Of a stretch of DNA of 32,000 bases, positions 27,713 through 32,000 are shown in pieces. Numbering within the stretch: the stretch's first letter is position 1; the number at the start of each line of letters is the position of its first letter. The stretch covers positions 2,700,001 through 2,732,000 of the forward strand of contig NZ_CP042911.1 of NCBI RefSeq assembly GCF_008065095.1. Direction: 5' to 3'. Origin of the DNA: Gemmata obscuriglobus (GTDB lineage: Bacteria > Planctomycetota > Planctomycetia > Gemmatales > Gemmataceae). Under the pieces are notes generated by a model that was not told the origin of the DNA, made no database searches, and was given only the letters and a program-made list of their open reading frames with translations. Made by a program: the position numbers and the translations under genes.

Positions 27713-28266
27713 TTTCCAGATCGGTTGCGCGCCCCGCTATACGAACGTGCGGCGCCAGGAGACGCGGAGCGCGAAGCACGTCAACGGAGCCGTTGCGCGG
27801 CGGATGACGTTCACACTGACCGACCAAGCAGGGCCGCATCGCCCCAACCGTTCATGTACGAGGCGTGGGGCTTCAGTATGCTGTGATGCCGGGCACCGTA
27901 ACAACCTCCCGGAACTGCCTCAAAACTGGAGACACCGATGTTCAGGGCGTTGGCTTTCGTTGTGGCCGTTTTGGTGTTGTGCCCGTGCCCGTCGGTCCGC
28001 GCGGACGAGGCCGAGGATAAGGCCGTTGCACTCGTCGAGAAGTTCCGCGGTAAGGTGACTCGTGACACGAGCAAAAGCGGTCAACCCGTTATCGGTGTTG
28101 TGTTGTCTCACCCGGAGGTGACGGACGCGACATTGAAGGACCTGGTCCCGCTCAAGAACCTCACCACGCTCGACCTGTTCTCCACGAAGGTAACGGATGC
28201 GGGTCTGAAGGATCTGGCTGGGCTCACGAACCTCACCAAGCTCGATCTGGGGTTCGCGCAGGTGAC

Positions 28267-29998
28267 GGAGGTCACGCCACGGTTTGCAGTAGGCCTTGCG
28301 GTCCTCGGGGCACGGGATAGGAAAAGCGCGGGGCGATTTCGCCGCAACTCTCGTGCGGGGCGAGTCATGAGCACACCGCGTTTCACGGCCGAGGAACTCG
28401 ACCGCCTTCGAGCACTGGCGGCGGAGTGGGGCAAAATCGTTTCCAAGCGGGCGTTCGGGGACGACGGGCCGGGATTGGACGTGGACTTCCGGACGATGGA
28501 GCAGATCGCCACCGCGGCGGCACAAGGGCTCACCGAAGGTGCCCTCCAGCAGATGCTCCACCAGCAGGCCCGGAAGGTGCCCGAACAGGTTCCGTGTCCG
28601 GTGTGTGGCGAGCCGTGCCCGACCCGACCACACACCCGCACCCTGGCGGCCCAAGGGGCCACGGTTCAACAGGCCGAACGGATCGCCCATTGTCCCGCCT
28701 GCCGGCGGGACTTTTTCCCCCCTGCGGCTGGCCCTCGGGCTGGATGAGCACGGGTACAGTTCCTCGGTCGTTCAACGCATCGTCACGGCCGCCGCCCGGT
28801 TCTCCTCGTTCCGGGATGCCGCCGAGGCGGTGCGGATGACCGGGGTCACGATCAGCGACAACCAGGTGCGCCGACTGGCTCACGAGGTCGGGCACGAGTT
28901 GATCGCGCGGCGCGATCGGAAGGCGGTCGAGCACCGGCGCCGCCAGTTAGAGCCGCGGACCGCGGTGGTGCCCGTGGCCGTGGTGGTCGAGGTCGATGGG
29001 GGGCGCATCCGCACCCGCGCCGCGGGCGCCGGCCCGGGTGTTCACGAGGCCCAGAACAAGGAGGACAAGGTGGCGTGCCTGGCCACCCTGAGTGGCCCCA
29101 CGTTCGCCACGGACCCGTGCCCCGAGCCGCCCGAGTCGTTCCGCTGCCCGCGCCGGGTGCGGCGCCTGGTGCAGCAGATGAAGGGCCCGGCGGGCGAGGT
29201 CGCGCCCCCGGAAACCGTGGACGAATCGACGCCCCCGGTGCCGGCCGGGGAACCCGAAGGGGCCGAGCGGTGGTCCCCGACGCGGTTGGTGCGGACGTGC
29301 GTGGCGAGCCTGGAGGGGAGTACCGCGTTCGGCCCGATGATGGCCGCCGAGGCCCAGGAGCGGCGCTTCTATGAGGCCCCGCGTCGGGCGTTCGTAGCCG
29401 ACGGTCAGGCGTACAACTGGACCATCTGGCGCGGGTACTTTGGTGCGTTCGAGCCGATCGTGGATTTCCTGCACGCGGTGTGTTACGTGTTCTCGTCGGC
29501 CGCGGCCGTGAGCCCCGATGAGGCGTCGGGTTGGTCCCAATACGTGGCCTGGATGCGCGCGTGCTGGCAGGGTCGCGTTGGAGAAGTGCTCACCGAACTG
29601 GATCAGTGGCAGGCGCGGCTGGGTGAGCCCCCACTGGGTGAGGCGGCGACGGCCGAGGAGCGCCGGGACCCGCGCCGGGTGGTGGCGCACGCGCGGACCT
29701 ACTTGGGGAACAATCGGGATCGCATGGCGTACCCGCGATACCGGCGCAACGGGCTACCGACGAGTAGCTTGGTCGAGTCACTGGTGGGCGAGATCAACGC
29801 CCGGGTGAAGAGCACACAGAAGCATTGGACCCGGCCCGACGGTGCCGAATCGATCCTGCAACTGCGGGCCGCCGTGCTGAGCCAAGACGACCGGCTCCCA
29901 CGGTTCTTCGCCGAACGGCCGGGCTCCTCGTTCCGCAAACGAGATACACTCTGCCACAAATCAGAGGGTGCCACAGCACAAACCGTGGCGTGACCTCC
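28267..29998 (+). mobile_element. ISKra4-family-like insertion sequence (1732 bp)
   Basis: It has perfect 20-bp terminal inverted repeats: GGAGGTCACGCCACGGTTTG (28267-28286) and CAAACCGTGGCGTGACCTCC (29979-29998). The target-site duplication is AGGTGAC (28260-28266 and 29999-30005), or 8 bp if the ambiguous C is included. The transposase stop (29991-29993) lies inside the right IR. Confidence 0.88.
28367..29993 (+). pseudogene. ISKra4-like transposase, split by a 1-nt frameshift in a T5C6 run
   Basis: The N-terminal part (frame of 28367) is MSTPRFTAEELDRL...CPVCGEPC...HCPACRRDFFP, a zinc-finger-like CxxC...CxxC. The continuation in the +1 frame is LRLALGLDEHGYSSSVVQRIV...VEVDGGRIRTR...AFVADGQAYNWTIW...DFLHAVCYV...YRRNGLPTSSLVESLVGEINARVKSTQKHWTRPDGAESILQLRAAVLS. 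This order of motifs is what I recall for ISKra4-family transposases. The frames switch at ctttttcccccct (28711-28723). Confidence 0.8.
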
Positions 29999-30803
29999 AG
30001 GTGACGGATGCGGGTCTGAAGGAACTGGCCGGGCTCACGAACCTCACCCAACTCATCCTGCTTGGTACGGCTGTAACGGACGTGGGGCTGGAGGAGTTGG
30101 CCCCGCTCAAGAACCTTAACACGCTCGACCTGGGCAAAACGAAGGTGACGGACGCGGGGCTGAAGGCGCTGGCCCCGCTTACGGGCCTCACCCGGCTCGC
30201 CCTGGGCGACACAGGCGTGACGGACGCGGGGCTGAAGGAGTTGGTGCCGTTCAAGAGCCTTAAGACCCTTTATCTGTTCTCTACCAAGGTGACGGACGCG
30301 GGGCTGAAGGAGCTGGGCCGGTTCAAGAATCTCACCGTCCTCGGCTTGGGCGGCACAGGTGTGACGGACGCAGGGCTGAGGGAGCTGGGCCGGTTCAAGA
30401 ACCTCACCGCCCTCGGCTTGAGCGGGACAGGTGTTACGGACGCGGGGCTGAAAGAGTTGGCCCCGCTCAAGAACCTCACCGAGCTCGGCCTGGGCGGCAC
30501 AGGTGTGGCGGACGTTGGGCTGAAGGAACTGGCCCCGTTCAAGAACCTCGCCAAGCTCGACCTGTACTCTACCAAGGTGACGGACGCGGGGCTAAAGGAG
30601 CTGGGTCTGCTCAAGAACCTCACCTTACTCGACCTCGGCCGTACGCAGGTGACGGACGACGGGTTGAGAGAACTGACCGGGCTCAAGGCCCTCACCACAC
30701 TCATTTTGATTGGCACGGGTGTAACGGACGCGGGGCTGAAAGAACTGGCCGGGCTCACGAACCTCACCCGGCTCAACCTGTACCGCACGAAGGTGACAGA
30801 CGC
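29999..30803 (+). repeat. 72-bp (24-codon) tandem LRR-coding repeat array, ~11 units
   Basis: The units recur as ...aaggtgacggacgcggggctgaaggagctggcc..ctcaagaacctcacc...ctc.. every 72 bp. They encode VTDAGLKELAxLKNLTxLxLxxTx. Two further units lie upstream of the IS (28118-28266). Confidence 0.9.
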
Positions 30804-31009
30804 AGGCTGGAAGGAACTGAAATCGGCGCTGCCAAAGTGCGAAATTAGCAAGTGACGAAGGGTACGCTCGCATCGAAGTCACGACGGCCCGCCGGACTTC
30901 TCCAGCGGACCGTTTGCGTTCATACGAACCCGCACTTCTGGTTCCCGGCACTCCGGTCCCGGGCGCCGTAAAACGCCCTTGAGGTCGTCACCTTCAGCGG
31001 GAGCAACCG

Positions 31010-32000
31010 ATGTTCAGGGCGTTGGCTTTTGCTTCGATCATTTCGGCTCTGTGCGTGTGCTCTTCGGTGCGTGCCGACGAGGCCGAAGACAAGGCCGTCG
31101 CCTTCGTCGAGAAGCTCGGGGGGAAGGTGCATCGCGGCGAAACGCCATCCGGCAAGCCGGTGGTGAGTGTCTTCCTGTACGCTTGCCCGCTTTCGGATGC
31201 AGGTGTGAAGGAGTTGGCTGGGCTCAAGGCCCTGACCACACTCAACCTGGGCGCAACGAAAGTGACGGACGTGGGGGTAAAGGAGCTGGCCGGGTTCAAG
31301 GCCCTCACCACACTCAACTTGAGTTTCACAACTTTGACGGACGTGGGGGTAAAGGAGTTGGCCGGGTTCAAGGCCCTCACCACACTCGAGCTGAATTACA
31401 CGGACGTGACGGACGCGGGTGTGAAGGAGCTGGCCGGGCTCAAAGCCCTCACCACGTTAGGCTTGGGTGGAACGAAGGTGACGGACGCGGGTGTGAAGGA
31501 GCTGGCCAGCCTCAAGGAACTCTCCGTACTCGGCCTTTTTGCGGCCAAGGCCGTGACGGACGCGGGGGTGAAGGAGTTGGCCGGGCTCAAGGCCCTCACC
31601 ACACTCGAACTGGGCCTCACGAAGGTGACGGACGCGGGGGTGAAGGAGCTGGCCGGACTCAAGGCCCTGACCACACTCGATCTACACTACACGGGGGTGA
31701 CGGACGCGGGGGTGAAGGAACTGGCCGGGCTCAAGGCCCTCTCCGTACTCGACCTGGGCAACACGGGGGTGACGGACGCGGGGGTGAAGGAGCTGGCCGG
31801 GCTCAAGGCCCTGACCACACTCAACCTGGGTGGAGCGAAGGTGACGGACGCGGGGGTGAAGGAGCTGGCCGGACTCAAGGCCCTCTCCACACTCAACCTG
31901 GGTGGAACGAAGGTGACGGACACGGGGTTGAAGGAGTTGGCCGGGTTCAAAGCCCTGACCACACTCGATCTGAGCTTCACGACTTTGACGGACGCGGGGG
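31010..32000 (+). CDS. Secreted leucine-rich-repeat protein, paralogue of the interrupted gene; 3' end runs off the window
   Basis: ATG at 31010 begins MFRALAFASIISALCVCSSVRADEAEDKAVAFVEKLGGKVHRGETPSGKPVVSVFLYACPLSDAGVKELAGLKALTTLNLGATKVTDVGVKELAGF... It is not in the ORF track because it has no stop in the window. Its N-terminal module (signal peptide plus VRADEAEDKAVAxVEK) and start context (ccgATGTTCAGGGCGTTGGCTTT) are shared with 27938. Confidence 0.92.
   Translation, partial: MFRALAFASIISALCVCSSVRADEAEDKAVAFVEKLGGKVHRGETPSGKPVVSVFLYACPLSDAGVKELAGLKALTTLNLGATKVTDVGVKELAGFKALTTLNLSFTTLTDVGVKELAGFKALTTLELNYTDVTDAGVKELAGLKALTTLGLGGTKVTDAGVKELASLKELSVLGLFAAKAVTDAGVKELAGLKALTTLELGLTKVTDAGVKELAGLKALTTLDLHYTGVTDAGVKELAGLKALSVLDLGNTGVTDAGVKELAGLKALTTLNLGGAKVTDAGVKELAGLKALSTLNLGGTKVTDTGLKELAGFKALTTLDLSFTTLTDAG
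31187..32000 (+). repeat. 72-bp tandem LRR-coding repeat array, at least 11 units, highly homogenised
   Basis: TGACGG recurs at 31263, 31335 and 31407, exactly 72 bp apart. Most units read (a/g)gtgacggacgcgggggtgaaggagctggccgggctcaaggccct(c/g)accacactc with only a few substitutions. Confidence 0.9.

Larger units (their letters stand above)
27938..30855 (+). pseudogene. Secreted leucine-rich-repeat protein (24-aa LRR units) interrupted by an IS insertion
   Basis: The 5' fragment (27938-28266) encodes MFRALAFVVAVLVLCPCPSVRADEAEDKAVALVEKFRGKV...KLDLGFAQVT. The 3' fragment (from 29999) encodes QVTDAGLKELAGLTNLTQL... and ends at the stop at 30855. Removing 28267-30005 (the IS plus one TSD copy) rejoins cag-gtg-acg|gat-gcg in frame, giving a ~392-aa protein with ~13 repeats plus a C-terminal cap, ...VTDAGWKELKSALPKCEISK. 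Confidence 0.9.

Noticed and set aside
27713-27937. Search for sigma-54 promoters (TGGCAC-N5-TTGC) downstream of the NtrC-like regulator and in other intergenic regions (e.g. 17015-17030 TGGCACACGTGGACTGG; 27716-27731 TTCCAGATCGGTTGC)
   Set aside because: None has both the GG and GC dinucleotides at correct spacing with flanking consensus. The TGGCAC strings I found lack the -12 TTGC element or lie inside genes.
30270-31980. Minus-strand ORFs with repeated 'SPASVTFV/RALSPASSFTPASVT' translations (30270..30851, 30994..31383, 31396..31674, 31687..31980)
   Set aside because: They are antisense read-through of the LRR repeat arrays. They stay open only because the repeat unit lacks stop codons in that frame, and they have no independent start or RBS support.
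29999-32000. Regular 72-bp repeats that could be mistaken for a CRISPR array or satellite
   Set aside because: The repeats are contiguous with no unique spacers. They are in frame and encode a 24-aa LRR consensus (VTDAGLKELAGLKxLTxLxLxxTK) inside ORFs with signal peptides. No cas genes are present.

Overview
High-GC (~68-70%) bacterial chromosomal segment. It is most plausibly from a Planctomycetota / Gemmata-like genome, inferred from arrays of 24-aa 'VTDAGLKELAGLKNLT' leucine-rich repeats, a giant ECF-sigma fusion protein and codon bias; no search was possible. Many long ORFs in the track are antisense or out-of-frame shadows typical of high-GC DNA. I chose real genes by recognisable protein motifs, amino-acid composition and start context.

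Content from left to right:
- A partial aconitase gene (minus strand).
- About 1.5 kb of lower-GC DNA that is mostly non-coding, holding one small ORF with a terminator.
- A 1250-aa single polypeptide combining an ECF sigma factor, a TM helix, seven beta-sandwich repeats and two thioredoxin-like folds, one carrying WCGPC.
- An IS4-superfamily IS whose transposase is broken by a 7-bp tandem duplication.
- A two-gene minus-strand operon: a sugar-phosphate isomerase-like TIM barrel and an unknown hydrolase-like protein.
- A MarR-family regulator followed by an RND efflux pair (adaptor and pump, with GTGA start/stop overlap).
- A second, intact, divergent IS with the same terminal sequence.
- A MATE efflux pump, a secreted beta-propeller and a polytopic GT-C-like membrane protein.
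- A conserved hypothetical gene convergent with an RdgC-like gene.
- A two-component pair of a histidine kinase and an NtrC-family AAA+ response regulator whose GAFTGA sigma-54 contact loop is missing.
- Two paralogous secreted LRR genes. The first is cleanly split by a 1.73-kb ISKra4-like IS with 20-bp perfect IRs and a 7-8 bp TSD. That IS's own transposase is frameshifted in a T5C6 run.

No rRNA, tRNA or CRISPR was found, and I recognise no canonical defence system. The most unusual items are the sigma-thioredoxin fusion, the GAFTGA-less activator, the IS/LRR relationship, and a shared 13-mer operator candidate plus a 111-nt composite palindrome in the marR-efflux control region.
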